A stretch of DNA of 64,000 bases, taken from the NCBI RefSeq assembly GCF_009914755.1, contig NC_060931.1; one strand, written 5' to 3'. The position numbers and the translations under genes are program-made. This document shows positions 1 to 14,130 of this stretch, one piece after another. The notes under the pieces were generated by a model that saw only the letters and a list, made by a program, of their open reading frames with translations, was not told where the DNA came from and made no database searches. How positions within the stretch are numbered: position 1 is the stretch's first letter; each line of letters opens with the position of its first letter. This DNA is from the human T2T-CHM13v2.0 reference genome, Homo sapiens.

Positions 1-1640
1 TGGCTGTGGCATTGTTGAAGAGTACTGGTCAGGTATGTTGTAGAGTGTTCCTAATTTTGATTTGCCTGGTGTTTACTGATGATTTAGACCAGGGTTATGG
101 ATTTGGGAAGGAGATCACAGAGATGAATGTGTCCTTCTCATCATGTCACGTCACGGGTGCACAATGCTGACTTGGGTTATTACTGTGATGTTTGCTTGGA
201 TCACGTGGCTGAGGCTGGTCGGCCGGATTCCTCCACTGTCATGTAACTGTTGTCCCCTTTCTGTACTCTGTTCATTAGAGCTACTAAGTTCAGCCCCACT
301 CAAGAAGTGAGGAATTAATCCTACCTTCTAGGAGGGTGGAGGAGTTGCAAATAATTTCTTAAATTCTTAGCATATATTGAAATCACCACAATTGATGAGC
401 ATTTTGGAGAAGATACTTAGAGGTTATGCAAATATCCTGTTTCCCCTTAAAATCTCACCCACTCATTTTAGTATCATCAGTAGTTCTTGCCTGAAGTAAT
501 TATTGTCAAAATGTTCTAATGGCAATTTCCTATTTCCCTTATTCCTTCTACAATTATTAATTAGAATCATCTCTGTCTTCCTCTCTCCCACCTTCCCTTC
601 CTGCCACCCTCCCTCCTTCCCTTCCTCTTTGTTAACTCACACATGCACACAAATCTGTATCTATTTATCTGTGTGTGTGTGCATATGAGTTCATACTGAT
701 AAACCTAAACCCAGTATGTTACCGCAGCTTCATTCTAAATTCCCTCCTGGTTAATTATAACTTCTTGGTCTGACAGTAAAAAGCATCACTCTCATTACCT
801 ACAATATATTTGCTAATATTTTCAATCTAGTCTACATGTAAAGTTGTTTCAGAATTGCTAACAAATATTTCAGTGTGAAACAAATTTACCACCTAAAGTG
901 TTTGAATATAATTTTTTTTGTCTATAGACTTATAGTACATTGCCAAATATCATAATCCAAACTTTCTCCCAACCCATTTAGTGCAGTTATGCCATACAAC
1001 CTTGGTTCCCCATGACATACTAGTTGATTGTTTTAAATTTGTATACATTTAAAGTTTTGTGGTATAGAGCTTATGAATTTTGAAAAAAACATTGTCATGT
1101 GTCAGTTATATGGTGCCATATGGAAAAGTTCCATCACCCTAAAATTCCCTATGCAGCCCCTTTATAGTCCAACCCCTGATGATCACTCATCTGTTTCAGG
1201 TACCTACAGCTCTTTCCAGAAGGCCATGAAAATCGAATTACATGGTATGTAATCTTTTACATTTGTCTTCTTCCAGTTATCAAGACTCATTTAAGATTCA
1301 TCCATGCTGTGCATCGAGCAATAGCTCTTCTTTGATTGTTGATATTGCATTGTGTGAATGCACACATCTTGTTTACTCATTCACCTATTCAAGAATATCT
1401 GGGTTGTTTCCATATTTTGGGAATTATGAATATGAATATTTTGGCAATTATGAATATAAATAAAGCTGCTATAAGCTTCTGTGTACATGTTTTTTGTATG
1501 AATATAACTTTTAGTCTTCTTGAGTAAATATTATGAGAGATTGTTGAGTAGTATGGCAAGTGTATGTTTGCCTTTGTAAGAAACTCTCAGACTACTTTTC
1601 AAAATGGCCGTATAATTTTGAACTCACACCAGCAATAAAT
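1..1640 (-). mobile_element. Ancient LINE-1 (L1MC/L1MD-type) 3' region fragments
   Basis: Resembles antisense L1MC/MD 3'UTR (ttgaagagtactggtcaggtat..., gatcacgtggctgagg..., tcatttaagattcatccatgctg..., ctgctataagcttctgtgtacatg). Boundaries approximate. Confidence 0.7.
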
Positions 1641-1646
1641 AAAATA

Positions 1647-2390
1647 CAGACAGTCCTCAAATGACGATGGGTCAGTTTGTGATTTTCAACTCCGCGACAG
1701 TGGAAACATGATACACATTCATTAGAAACCGCAGTTTGAGTACCCATACAACCATTCTGCTTTTCACTTTCAGAACAGTATTCAATAAATTACCTGTGAT
1801 ATTCAACACTTTATTATAAAATAGTTTTTGTGTTAGATGACTTTGCCCACCCATAAGCTAATATAAGTGTTCCTGAGCATATTTAAGATAGGCTAGGCTA
1901 AGCAATAATAGCTATTTGTTAGGTTAGATGTTGATATGGTTTGGCTTTGTATCTCTATGCAAATCTAATCTCAAATTGTAATCCCCACGTGTCGAGGGAG
2001 GAATCTGTAATCCTCATGTATCAGAGAAAACAGGGTGGATCATGAGGGTGGTTTCCCCCACACTGTTCTGATAGTAAGTTCTCATGAAAACCGATGGTTT
2101 TAAAGTGTGGCACTTCCTCACACTCTCTCTCTCCTGCCACCTTGTGAAGAAGGTACTCACCTCTCCTTTGCCTCCCGCCATGATTGTAAGTTTCCTGAGG
2201 CCTCCTCAGCCAGGCGGATCTGTGAGTCAATTAAACCTTTTTCCTTTATAAATTACCCAGTCTCAGGTATTTCTTTACAGCAGTACAAAATGGTCTAAAA
2301 TAGTTGTATTAAACCCATTTTTGACAGGATATTTTCAACTTGTGATGGTTTATTAGGATGTAACTTCCATCATTAATTGAAGAGCACTTG
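1647..2390 (-). mobile_element. MER47A (TcMar-Tigger) DNA transposon, split by a THE1 LTR
   Basis: Terminal inverted-repeat remnants cagacagtcctc...gaagagcacttg flanked by TA at 1645-1646 and 2391-2392. Internal 'gagtacccatacaaccattctg...ttcaataaattac...ggctaggctaagc' matches the recalled consensus. Confidence 0.85.
1932..2302 (+). mobile_element. THE1D-like (ERVL-MaLR) solo LTR
   Basis: Starts tgatatggtttggct. Contains gtaatccccacgtgtcgagggagg, ccatgattgtaagtttcctgaggcctcc and aattacccagtctcaggta. 5-bp TSD gatgt/gttgt. Confidence 0.9.
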
Positions 2391-2564
2391 TATGTGTATG
2401 TATATATAATTCCAGGTTATCTATTTCTTTCTTAGTGAGCTTTGGCAATTTATGATTTAAAAGAAATTGGGCTATTCCATCAATGTTTTCAAATTCACAG
2501 CATACAGTCTTTCATATAGTTTCCTATTTTCCTTTCAATGTCTGTGAGGTCAGTAGTGATATGA

Positions 2565-3025
<461 letters not shown>

Positions 3026-3041
3026 TGACTTTTTTCTTTTC

Positions 3042-3361
3042 TTTCTTTTCTTTTCTTTTTTTTTTTTTTTAAGACAAGGTCTCACTTCATTGCCCAGGCT
3101 GGAGTGAAGTGGTGCGATCATGGCTCACTGCAGTCTTGACTTCCAAGCTCATGTAATCCTCCCACCTCAGCCACCTGAGTAACTGGGACTGCAGATGAGG
3201 GCTCACCATGTCTGGCTTTTTTTTTTTTTTTTTGGATTTTTTATAGAGATGGTGTCTCACTATGTTTCTGAGGCTGGTCTCAAATTCCTGGGCTCAAGCC
3301 ATCTGCTCACTTCAGCCTCCCAAAGAGTTGGAATTATAGGCATGAGCCATTGTGTCTGGCC
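3042..3361 (-). mobile_element. AluJ
   Basis: Antisense Alu dimer with TSD tgacttttttcttttc (3026-3041 / 3363-3378). Confidence 0.9.
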
Positions 3362-3538
3362 CTGACTTTTTTCTTTTCTAATAAAAGCACTTAAAACTGT
3401 ACGCTTCTTGCTAACCACTTTTTAAATTGCATTCTGCATAATTCAACATGTGGTGCTTCATTTTCATTAAGTTCAAAGTATTTTTTTTTAATTTCCCTTG
3501 AGTCTTTTTTTTGACCCATGGATTATTTAGCAGTGTAC

Positions 3539-3869
<331 letters not shown>

Positions 3870-5254
3870 TAATAGAATTTCTAGCTATTTTTTGTTATTA
3901 TTGATTTTAGTTTAATTTTATTCTATTTATATAATTTCTATTATTTTAAATTTGTTGAGGGCTGTTTTGTAACCCAATACTATTTTGGTAAATGTTCCAT
4001 GTGCACTTGAACATAATGTGTATTCTGCTCTTATTGAGTAAAACATTCTATTAATATCCATTAGGAGAAGTTGGCTGATAATGTTGTTTAGGTTATTTAC
4101 ACCCTTAATAATTTTTGATTATGTGTCATATCAAATATTCAGAGAAGAATGTTGAATCTTCCAATTATAATTGTGGATTTCTCTGTCTCCTCTTAAAACT
4201 ACCAGTTTTGGCCTCATGTGTTTTCAAGTTAGGTTATTTGGTACAACGATATTTGGGGTTAGTTTGTTTTCCTGTAGAATTTACCTTTTTATTATTACAT
4301 AATATACATCTTCTTCTCTGATAAATCCTGCTTGTTCTGAAGTCTACTTTGTTGGATATTAATATATAACAAAGCTCCTATTTTGTTTTTATTAGTATTT
4401 TTATGGTATATCAGTCTTCATTCTTTTAACTTATGTATGCCTTTATATTAAAAGTGAGTTTCTCAAAGATGCCATAAATGTAGGTCTTGCTTTTATTAGA
4501 ATCTAATCTGACAACTCTGTCTTCCAATTAATGTGTTTATTCACACTATTTACATTTAAACTGTTTATTGATTTGATTGGGTTAACCCTATTTTACTAGC
4601 TATTTTATACTGGTTCCAATAGTTCTTTGTTTCTTGTGTCTTTTTTATCTTCTCTAGGTTTACTCAAGCATTTTATGTATTTTCCTTTGGTCTTCTCTAC
4701 TGACTTATTTAGTTTTTTATTTTAACCTTTTTAGTGGTTACCCTAGAGTTAAAAATATATGCTATTTGATATATTTGATCCTAAAACATTTGCCTTAGGT
4801 AGCGATCTCAGAATAAGCACCATGTACAAATATGTTAATAATTACATTGCATTCTTCACAGGAGACATTTTTAGTTTCTCTAAATGCCCAACCACATATC
4901 AAAGGTTAAATCAACTGTGGCACACACACCCTTTGGTGAGATGATTACCCAATATTACAAAAATCATTACAAGGCAGATATAAAGATGGTTTTAAACAAA
5001 AGTGTTTGAAGCTTCAGATATAAACAAAGAAAAACAGGTTTAACCTGTACTGAGTACTGGCTGTGACCTCTTGCTTTCCTTACCTATAGAATACCAGTAG
5101 TGACATAGTTTCTCACCAGGTTTGCTGTCTGTAAGACTAAGTAAATTACTAATGAAAATGCTTGAACATTCTGGCTAGGTCAGGGAAGGAAGAGAGCGCA
5201 TATTAGGTTTCTTTCTGTGTGAGATGCATTATGGACTGAAAAAAAATGCTGACA

Positions 5255-5410
5255 AGTCCTTGGTTTGAAACTAAGCTCTACCACTTATTAGTTATACAAA
5301 CTTGTTCAGGTTTTTGAACCTTTCTGTGAGTTCGTTATTTGGTCTAAGTGGAAATAAGCTACCCATTAACAGGGTTGATAAGGGGATCAGGTGCGGAGAA
5401 AGGCATAAAT
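5255..5410 (+). mobile_element. MIR SINE fragment
   Basis: Degenerate MIR core (ggtttgaaa...ctctaccacttattagttat...aacctttctgtg...). Confidence 0.55.
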
Positions 5411-6734
5411 TAGTTTGGCTACTCAATTAGCTTTATGGAATAAATGTATCATTGTCTTCTCCTTAGGACATGGTTCTGTAGGTGCTGACCACAAACATAG
5501 TGAGACAAAGCAATAATCAGTCTTGTCTATTTCATTAAAAATAATACTAGGATATACTGAAGGCTTATTATTTGCCAAGTTCTTGGTGTGCATGTGAGAA
5601 TTTCATGTCAGCCACAGCTCAAAAAACAAAACCAATCAAACCTATATATTTTAAGTAAAAAAAAAAAAAAAAAAAAAGATAGAGCTGGGTGCCTTGTAGT
5701 GTTGCAGTACCCAGTCTTTCAAGATTTAGAAAAGGCTTGAGGTTCATTGCAATAAGTTGCGTATATCCAGAAAGAATCTCAGAAAAGGCCTTAATGAAAG
5801 TCATTCCTTTTAAAGAACTTGGGAAGAGAGAGAGGGGAGGTGCTTGGATATGAAGCTTTGAACAGCTCTTTTGAATGAAGCAAAGCTGTCCTCTTTAGGT
5901 AATTATATTCCACAAAGGAAATCTGGCTTCATTTGCCTTAGCGTATTTTTTGTTGGTTTTTTTTTTAGGAACACAAAAGCAAGGAAGTTTCTAACTTCCA
6001 TTTACTTCTTTCATGACTTGTCTTTGTCCCATTCTCTTTTCTGTCTGCACCTGTGGCTTAGTGCAAAAGATCACTTGTCTGCAGTGCAGAGGGGAAATTC
6101 TTTGCTCTCAGCCTGGCTGGGGTTTTCCTGAATGAGGGAATGGGGTGAGATGTTGAGGGCATTTGCCCATACATGGAAACAAAGCCTTTATCTGCCTAAA
6201 GTGGAGAGGCAAATGGGTGGTTTTTATATGCATTGCAATTACCACTTTATTTTTTCATTAAAAGTGAGTCTAACCTTTTAAAATATATCATTTATAGTGG
6301 ACTGGGACAGTTCAGTTGTCTTTGCTGTCGATTTAATAGCCAGAGGACAGAATATGAGGTTGAATTTTATTGTTTACATTAGAGTAAAGGACCAAATGAA
6401 TCTTTTAACAAGTTGAACAAAATTTTGCAATGAACACTGGACTTTTAGTGACTAGATTTTTTTTACAGATTCATTAAATTTAAAAATAAATATTCCCTCT
6501 CACGATCAGAATTATTTCATATATGTGGATATATAAACATATATGTAATAATCTATGCATACAAAAGTCTAGTCAATTTATGCTCTTGAGAACTCAAGCA
6601 AACTTTTGGAGCTTGAGGTTGGGAGTTGGGCCGGGTGAAGTTGAGTAACTAAGACACCTAGAGCAGTTGTATCTTTTGTTAGTCCAGTTCATAAGAAGCT
6701 TTATAAATATTAACTTGAAATGCTTCAAGTTCAT

Positions 6735-6900
6735 GGTAGGACATTTCTGAGTTGAGTTCCCAGCTCTGCAGTATCTAGCAGCATGATTTCAGGTGAGCTG
6801 CTTCATATGTGCTGAGCTTCACATTCCTTATCCCTAAAGCCAGGAGTGTGGTGTCTACCATGTTTATCATGAGGGTTTTCTTAGCTATAAATATCTATGA
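6735..6900 (+). mobile_element. MIR SINE fragment
   Basis: ctgagttgagttcccagctctgca...ctgagcttcacattccttatc. Confidence 0.55.
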
Positions 6901-7116
6901 ACACTTAAGAAGTTATTATTAATGCATCAGACGATTTAATTCTTAATGGAACATTAAGTTGTTAGTCTATGGATTTCCATTCCTGTAAAGCCTTTATATT
7001 CTTTCATGTGAAATATTAACAAATAATGCCTGCCCCTGAGCCAGACTTGAAGAAGTGGGAGAAGGGCTGTAAATGAGATTCCACAGGGGATCCATATTGT
7101 GAACCAAAGCCAAGGA

Positions 7117-7165
7117 TGTGTGTGTGTATATGCAGGTGTGTGTGTGTGTGTGTATGTGTGTGTGT
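7117..7165. repeat. Interrupted (TG)n microsatellite
   Basis: Direct reading. Confidence 0.95.
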
Positions 7166-8214
7166 GGATGCACATTTTATTCAATAAGCCGGAACCAATA
7201 TTAAAAGTCTTCTTTTCCTATCAAAAAGCTTTGAAGAAAGCCTCAAAGTTTTTTTAGCGTTCTGCATGATATTGTTACGTATAAAAAGCAAGATGCAGAA
7301 AATGTTTAAAACAATGCTACCTCCTCAGTGTGTGTGTGTTTGTGTTCTTTTATTATGAAAATATGGGAGAAAACACAGAAGGTAGCACACTAAGTGTTTC
7401 ACATGAATTAACTGAAGTTAGTCTAGGAGAGAGTTGAGACAAAGAGATGCGGAAGGATAGAGAAAGAGTAGAAGCAAACAAAAAGAAAATAGAAAATAGA
7501 AACCTTAGACTAAAAAGGAACAGCATGATAAATATCTTGGTTTTACTTTTGCAATTATGCAAACTACTGTGTCTGTATACACATGAAGAAATTGAATACA
7601 ACAAAATATACCAAATCTGCCTCTTTGACAGAGAGCTCTGTAAAGCCCCCATGGGAAAGAAACGGAGGTGACCTCAGCAAAGGGAGAACCCTCAGGAAAA
7701 GGAAAACTGGAGAGTAAAGAACAGCGAGACGGGTGCCAGGCCCTGGGAAGGGTTCATTAGGAGTAAGTCTATCCTGGCGGGAGTGGAAGTTTTAGAGTTC
7801 TGGGAATAAAATCTCTTGACTTTAGAGAGGTGACGTCACCGAGGCATGTGAGGAATAGTAACTGTGGGATCCAGATGAATTTCACCTTCACTGGCACAAG
7901 GCAAATAGAACGAATGGATGCACAGTCCAAACAGGAAAAGGGGGGCTTTACCAAGCCCTGCCTGGCTGCAGAAGGGGCTAAAAGATGCTGGTGGGGGAGG
8001 GTTTTCTTCAAGGCCCAGGAGGATCCATCTGAACAACAAAACAACATGAGAAACTGAAATCGAACACATCCTTCCTGAGCCAACACCACTGCTACAGAGG
8101 ATTTTTAGTTCTGCGCTTTTTAAAAAGTTAATACCAAATAGCAATTGTGACTACTTTTTATGGATGACATTTGTTAGGAGCTGTTTGCAAGGCCGCATTG
8201 TATTTGCTCACTGC

Positions 8215-9650
8215 TTCCTTTTGCCTCTCAGCCTAGCTTCTGGGATAATTTTTCTTCTTCATGAAGCATCTGCATTAGAAGTTCTTTGAATGCAATGTTT
8301 TAAAAAATTCTTTCTATTTTTTTGATTATGTTTGAATGTCTTTATTTCACTCTTTGAACGATACTTTTCTTTGTACACATACTAGGTTGACGGTTATTTT
8401 CTCTCACATGTTTTTGAAGATAATATTGGACCATTTTCTTTCTTCCATTGATATTGAGAAATCTAAATTTATCCTGCCTTTTTTGTTTGTTTGTTTGTTT
8501 AAGTCCTCTGTTTTTCCTATCTGGCTGTTTTTGAGATTTCCTCCTGAATTCTGCAGTCTTAATACAGTATATTTAGTAGCAGGTTTCTTATTTTTTTTAT
8601 CTTCTATGGTATGGTATGCATTGATCTGTATAATCCTGCTTTTTTGTTTGTTTGTTTGTTTGTTAGTTTGTTTAGTTATAGAAAACTTCCAGCCTTGAGC
8701 TCTGAAGATTGCCTCACCTCTGTTTTCTCTGCTCTCCCCTTCTAGGACTCTGATCAGGCCTGTGTTCAAATGTGACAGTCATCAGCCCAGTTCATCAAAC
8801 GTGTGCAGCTGACTGCTCTGGTCACTAGCAGGGTTGCCCTTTCTGGCCTCTTTGGGTTGCCTGGGGCCATGTGCTATTACTAGCTAATGAACTGTAGGCT
8901 ACAATGGTGCATATACTTTCAGCCTGGAGCATTTCTTAGCCATTGTGAGCCTTCCTGAAACCCTTTTTCTTTTACCAGGGTGAACAACGATGCTCCAAGT
9001 TGTGGTAGCTTGAGCCTTGGGTCCCAGAGTAAAGACAACAGGGAACATAGCCTCAGAGGGCTCAGAATAGACTTGTAGAGTAGGCAGTAAATCACATTTG
9101 GTTGTTTCAAGGCACTGAGATATTGGGATTATTTGTCACTATAGTTTTACAAAATGTAGCCAAGCCGAGAGACTATCTCATTATATCATTCATATTCATT
9201 CATGCCTATTTTATATATTTCATCTTATTGCACATAATTTCTTTTCCTATATCATCTATTTTCACTAGATATTGAGTTATACATAAACGTATTTAACAAT
9301 TATATTATCATTTCTACATGCTTTTTTCCTAATAGTCTCATGTTGATCAGTCTTTTTTTAATTATGCATTTGAAACATTTGTATGTATCTGAAAATCTCC
9401 AGCTCTGTTGGTCTTAGGGATCAAACCTGTTATTTGTTGTTTCTATTGATACTTAATCCTAGTGGATTTTGCTTTCTCTGGATTTTGTGAAATTTGGTTA
9501 CTGCCTCTTTGCTTAATCTTGACAGTGAGATCCTTGTGGACCTAAATTGCAGAGAAGTGTTTCCCAGTGTAGATTTGTTTCTGCTTCTCCTAGAAAGAAA
9601 CCTGACCACCTCACTCTGCATGCAAGTCTTGACTCAGCTTTCTGATCAAC
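8215..9650 (-). mobile_element. HAL1/L1ME-type ORF1-region remnant, interrupted by an MLT1 LTR
   Basis: Antisense ORF1-like motifs (aatgtctttatttcac, ctaggttgacggttattttctctc, ctcccct...ggactc). Confidence 0.55.
8771..9170 (+). mobile_element. MLT1 (MLT1I/J-like) MaLR solo LTR
   Basis: ggggccatgtg...ccttgggtcccagagt...gttgtttcaaggcactgagatattgggattatttgtcact. Confidence 0.7.
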
Positions 9651-9779
9651 CTTTCCCTTGCCCTTGTTGCTAGCTCCAAGGCTCAATTTCTTGATTGCTG
9701 TAGACATCTCTGCTAAGGCAACTCAGCATCTTTTGGATTCCTGCAGATCTGGCTCCAGTCAATCCCACCTTCTTGATGT

Positions 9780-10705
9780 CCCAACTTCAGCTCATTATAA
9801 TATGTGTGGGTGTGTGTGTGGTTTGCTTTGTTTGGATGAGGTGGGAACTTGGAGTATATGTTTTTGTCTGCCTTCCTTCATTCAGCATAATTTATTCTGA
9901 GACTTATCCAAGTTGTGGAGTTGTATTTCATTGTGTGAATATATCATTTTTTTTCATTCATCCATTGATGGACATTTTGGTTGTTTGCAGTTATTTGATA
10001 TTTCAAATAAAGCTGTTGTGAGTACCCATGTATGAGTTTTTATGTATATATATTTTAATTTTTTGGGGGGGTAAATCTAGAAGTGGAATGACTGAGTCTT
10101 AAAATAGTTGTATATTTAGCCTTATAAGAAAAAAAAAAACAGTGGTTGTACCACTTTACATTTTTACCATCAGTCTATAAGATTTCTAGCTCTTTCATAT
10201 TCTTGTCAGCACCTGGTATGGGCAGTCTTTACGGTTTCAACCATTCTAATAGGTGTGTAGTGTGATCTCATGGTAGTTTTAACCTGCATTTCCCTGATGA
10301 CTAATGACACTGAGCATGTGAGTCTTTGTCATCTGGATATCTTATTTGATGAAGTCTCTGTCCATATGTTCTGGCCACTTTTTGAATGGGGTTATTTTTT
10401 CCTCTTATTATTGAGTATTAAAATTTCTTTATACATCGTGGATTCAAGCTCTTTATCAGACATATTATTTATAAATATCATCTCATTTTCAAATTTGTAA
10501 TTTGAGCTCATTTTACTCTTTAATATTTTAGCACATTCAAAAAAAGAGCTAAATTTTTAATGTTGATAAGATCCAATCTATCATTTCTTTTATGAATTAC
10601 GCTTTTGTTGTTGTATCTAAAAGACTTCTGCCTAACCCAAGGTCACAAAGATTTTCTCCTATGTTTACTTCTAGAAGTTTTATAGTTTTAGGTTTTACAT
10701 CTAAG
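9780..10705 (-). mobile_element. Old L1M (MC/MD/ME) 3' part
   Basis: tcattcagcataatt, ccattctaataggtgtgtag, cctaacccaaggtcacaaagattttctcctatg. Confidence 0.8.
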
Positions 10706-11007
10706 CCTCAGACCAGAGGACTTGATTTTCATTTTACTGAGTAATTGTGGACAAGTCACTGTATTAAATTGGATTCTACTTTCCTCAAAGCCTGGTAAGT
10801 GCATTGGGAGTGGGGACAGTTGACGGGAGAACAAAATAGATCAGAGAGCAGCACAGGGCCGGTAGTATGCCAAGCCATGTCTTGTGCCAGCCACTTTTCT
10901 CTATGTGCTGTAAGCTGTTTAGGGAAGTATGGCAACAACAACAAACACTGAGCTGCTTTCAGGACAGTGTAACCTCAGGGGGAAAAAGCAATTTTTAAGC
11001 CATAAAG

Positions 11008-11550
11008 CATTTTTAAATTTAATTTTTATTGATACATAATAGATGCACATATTTTCAGGGTGCATGTGATAATTTAATACATTATACAATTAGTAAATAT
11101 CCGATCAGGATAATTAGGATATCACTTTAAATGTGTGTCTTTTCTTTATGCTGGAAACGTTCAAATTATTCTCTTCTAGCTATTTTAAAATATACAATAA
11201 ATTATTGTAAGCTACAGTCACCTTGCTGATCTATCAAACACTAAGTCTTACTACTTCTATCAAATTGTGTATTTGTGCCTATTAATTAACCTCTCTTCAT
11301 GTCTTCCACCCTTCTTACCCTCTGGTAACCACCAATCTACTCTCTATCTCCATGAGATCCACTTTTTTAGCGTGGACATATGAATGAAAACATGTGATAT
11401 TTGCCTTTCTGTGTTTGGCTTCTGAGAACATGTGATATTTGTCTTTCTGTGTTTGGCTTCTGAGAATATGTGATATTTGTCTTTCTGTGTTTGGCTTCTT
11501 TTACTTAATATAATGACCTTCAGCTCCATTCATATTGTTGCAAATGACAG
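11008..11550 (-). mobile_element. L1MA 3' end
   Basis: ttgatacataatagatgcacatattttcaggg...ctctggtaaccaccaatctactctctatctccatgagatcc. Confidence 0.85.
11385..11498. repeat. Tandem repeat, 38 bp x3, inside the L1MA
   Basis: Unit tgagaacatgtgatatttgtctttctgtgtttggcttc starting at 11385, 11423 and 11461. Confidence 0.95.
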
Positions 11551-11559
11551 AAGTACAGT

Positions 11560-11676
11560 ACTGCAAACCTGTAGTCTCAGCTAACTTGGGAGGTTGAGGT
11601 GATGATCAGGAGTTGGTGCCCAGGAGTTAGTGTCTAGCCTGGGCAACATAAGGAGATTCTATCTTTTAAAAAAAAA
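11560..11676 (+). mobile_element. FLAM/Alu monomer
   Basis: cctgtagtctcagcta...caggagtt...agcctgggcaacata followed by an A tail. Confidence 0.75.
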
Positions 11677-12199
11677 TTCACAGAAAGACATGTATCCCAT
11701 CTCCTGACCCATAATATGGATTTTTAGTGTATGAACTAGTTTCAATGTGTTTGCTCCTCAGGTGGGTGTATGAGTACCTCCCTACTCCAAGCTTTCATCT
11801 TCCCACTGTCTGCTTCTTTAAAATGCCACCATCTGAGGGAAGGACTCCATGCAGTTTGCAGCTCCTTACTCATTTAAAACCCAGCTGCAAAAGTCTAAAT
11901 TAGGAAGGTCAGATCCATAGTCTTTACAAATGGCCTGAAATCATGACGTAGCAAAAATCACTTCTAAATCTTAATAGTGCTCTGTTCCTTTCTGTAACCT
12001 CCTTTCTGTGTGCGTGCAAGGCACCACAGGATTAAATGTTTGGATGTTGTTAGAGCAGCAAAATAAAACTAATTATTTCTGCAGTGACATTTTGGCTTGT
12101 ATGAACATGAACATGAAAAAGCTATCTTTTATGCATTTCTCAACTGAGACATTAGAATCCTTTATATTCAGCGATTTCTGTTTCAACAAAAAGCAAAGG

Positions 12200-12503
12200 G
12201 GCAGGTATAGTGGTGCACGCTTATAATTTCAGAATTTTGGAAGGTCAAGGTGGGAGGATTGCTTGAGACCAGGATTTTGAGACCAACCTGGGCAACATAG
12301 TGAGACCCTGTTTCTACAAAAAACAAAGTAAAAATATTAGCTAGGCATGGTGGCACACGCCTGTAGTCCCAGCTACTCAGAAGGTTGAGGTGGGAGGATC
12401 GCTTGAGCCCAGGTGGTCAAGGCTGCAGTCAGCCATGGTAGAGCCATTGCACTCCACCCTTGGCAACAGAGCCAGACTCTGTATTAAAAAAAAAAAAAAA
12501 AAA
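12200..12503 (+). mobile_element. AluJ
   Basis: Dimer with J-type gcttgagcccagg and ggctgcagt; A tail. Confidence 0.9.
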
Positions 12504-12932
12504 GTTGAAATTGCAACATGAGAATGTGAAGGAACAATTTGCTAGTCTTTTTCTTTCTATAGCATGCCTTTTCTCTAAGGTGGTCAGCCAACCAGCCATT
12601 GACAGTACTTAAGTGACAGATACCAGCTCAACTCTGCATCGGGCAAGGAACAAGATAGAGGATAGTTCTCACCACCCTTCCAAGTGACAGTGATGACTTA
12701 ACAACCACCAGTGGAAAAGTCATGTTTAATAATATCTATTTTAGAATTTAGAAAATTGAAGCTCTGAGAGTTTAACTAACTTGCTCCTAGTCATGCAGTA
12801 AAAATGACAGAGCTGGGTCATGAACTCACTTAATATGGTCGAAATCTAGTGCCTGAAAAGAGAGCATACCAAAATGATTGAGCTTATTTTCACTCGGCAT
12901 TTTTTAAAAATGGATTTATATCTGGGTAGTAG

Positions 12933-13348
<416 letters not shown>

Positions 13349-13879
13349 AATAATCTTTAAATATACTCCAAACAATATAGCTAGGGGTGTAACTTATGTG
13401 TTAGGCAACCAAAGAAGATTTTTTCTTTTTTAACATTTCTGTCTTGTATATGCCAAATTATTTTCAGTAATAGGCATGAAATAATCAGTCATCATTATTA
13501 TTTTCTAGATTCATCCTTTAATGATGAAATAAGTTTTCAAAAGGATAAATGTCATTTAAAAATCCATTCTTCAAATTCAGTGAAATATTTCATATAGGAA
13601 CTTACTTTAATATTAAATATAAAAATATTTAATATAGACATTTGTTCTTCCTCAACAAGGAGGTCACACCTCCCAGACTGTGTTCCAGGTTGACAGGGCC
13701 AGAGGAAGACTGAGATTGCTTCTCTACCCTGACGGTCACTGTGTCATCATTGCTGATTAGAACGTCCTGCTTGAAACTCAGGAATGTGTTGTACCCCAGG
13801 GTTTGGGCACACAGATTGCACTAAAATGGAACCCAAAGGATTTCTATGCCTTACAAATGTATTCTAGAAGTGAGCAGTT

Positions 13880-14130
13880 GTAGCTGAATCCTCCAGCTAT
13901 GTAGCTGGGAGCAGTGATTTAGGTCATAGGCCAACAACATCTTTTTGGGGTAAAGGAGCATTTTATCACTGGTGTTGTTTAGAATCTCTGGCAAACACTG
14001 GTGATGAAAACCAGGCTGATTTTTATAGGGTTTTATGATTGTCTTTAAGTTTTCTGCAGACAATGTACCCCTCACTGCCTGCACCCAGAATGGGGGGCAT
14101 GCCCACTGCCCTGCCATTGGTACAACGTTG
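13880..14130 (-). mobile_element. MER97-like hAT-Tip100 terminal fragment
   Basis: Reverse complement resembles the MER97 start (cagtggcgtaccaagg...gggtgcaggca...cattgtctg...gtgataaaat). Confidence 0.65.

Noticed and set aside
1412-1459. 24-bp x2 tandem duplication
   Set aside because: Ordinary slippage in an old L1
11385-11498. CRISPR-like repeat array
   Set aside because: Head-to-tail tandem units with no spacers, in human L1 sequence
13610-13635. 11-bp AT-only inverted repeat
   Set aside because: Expected by chance in AT-rich DNA
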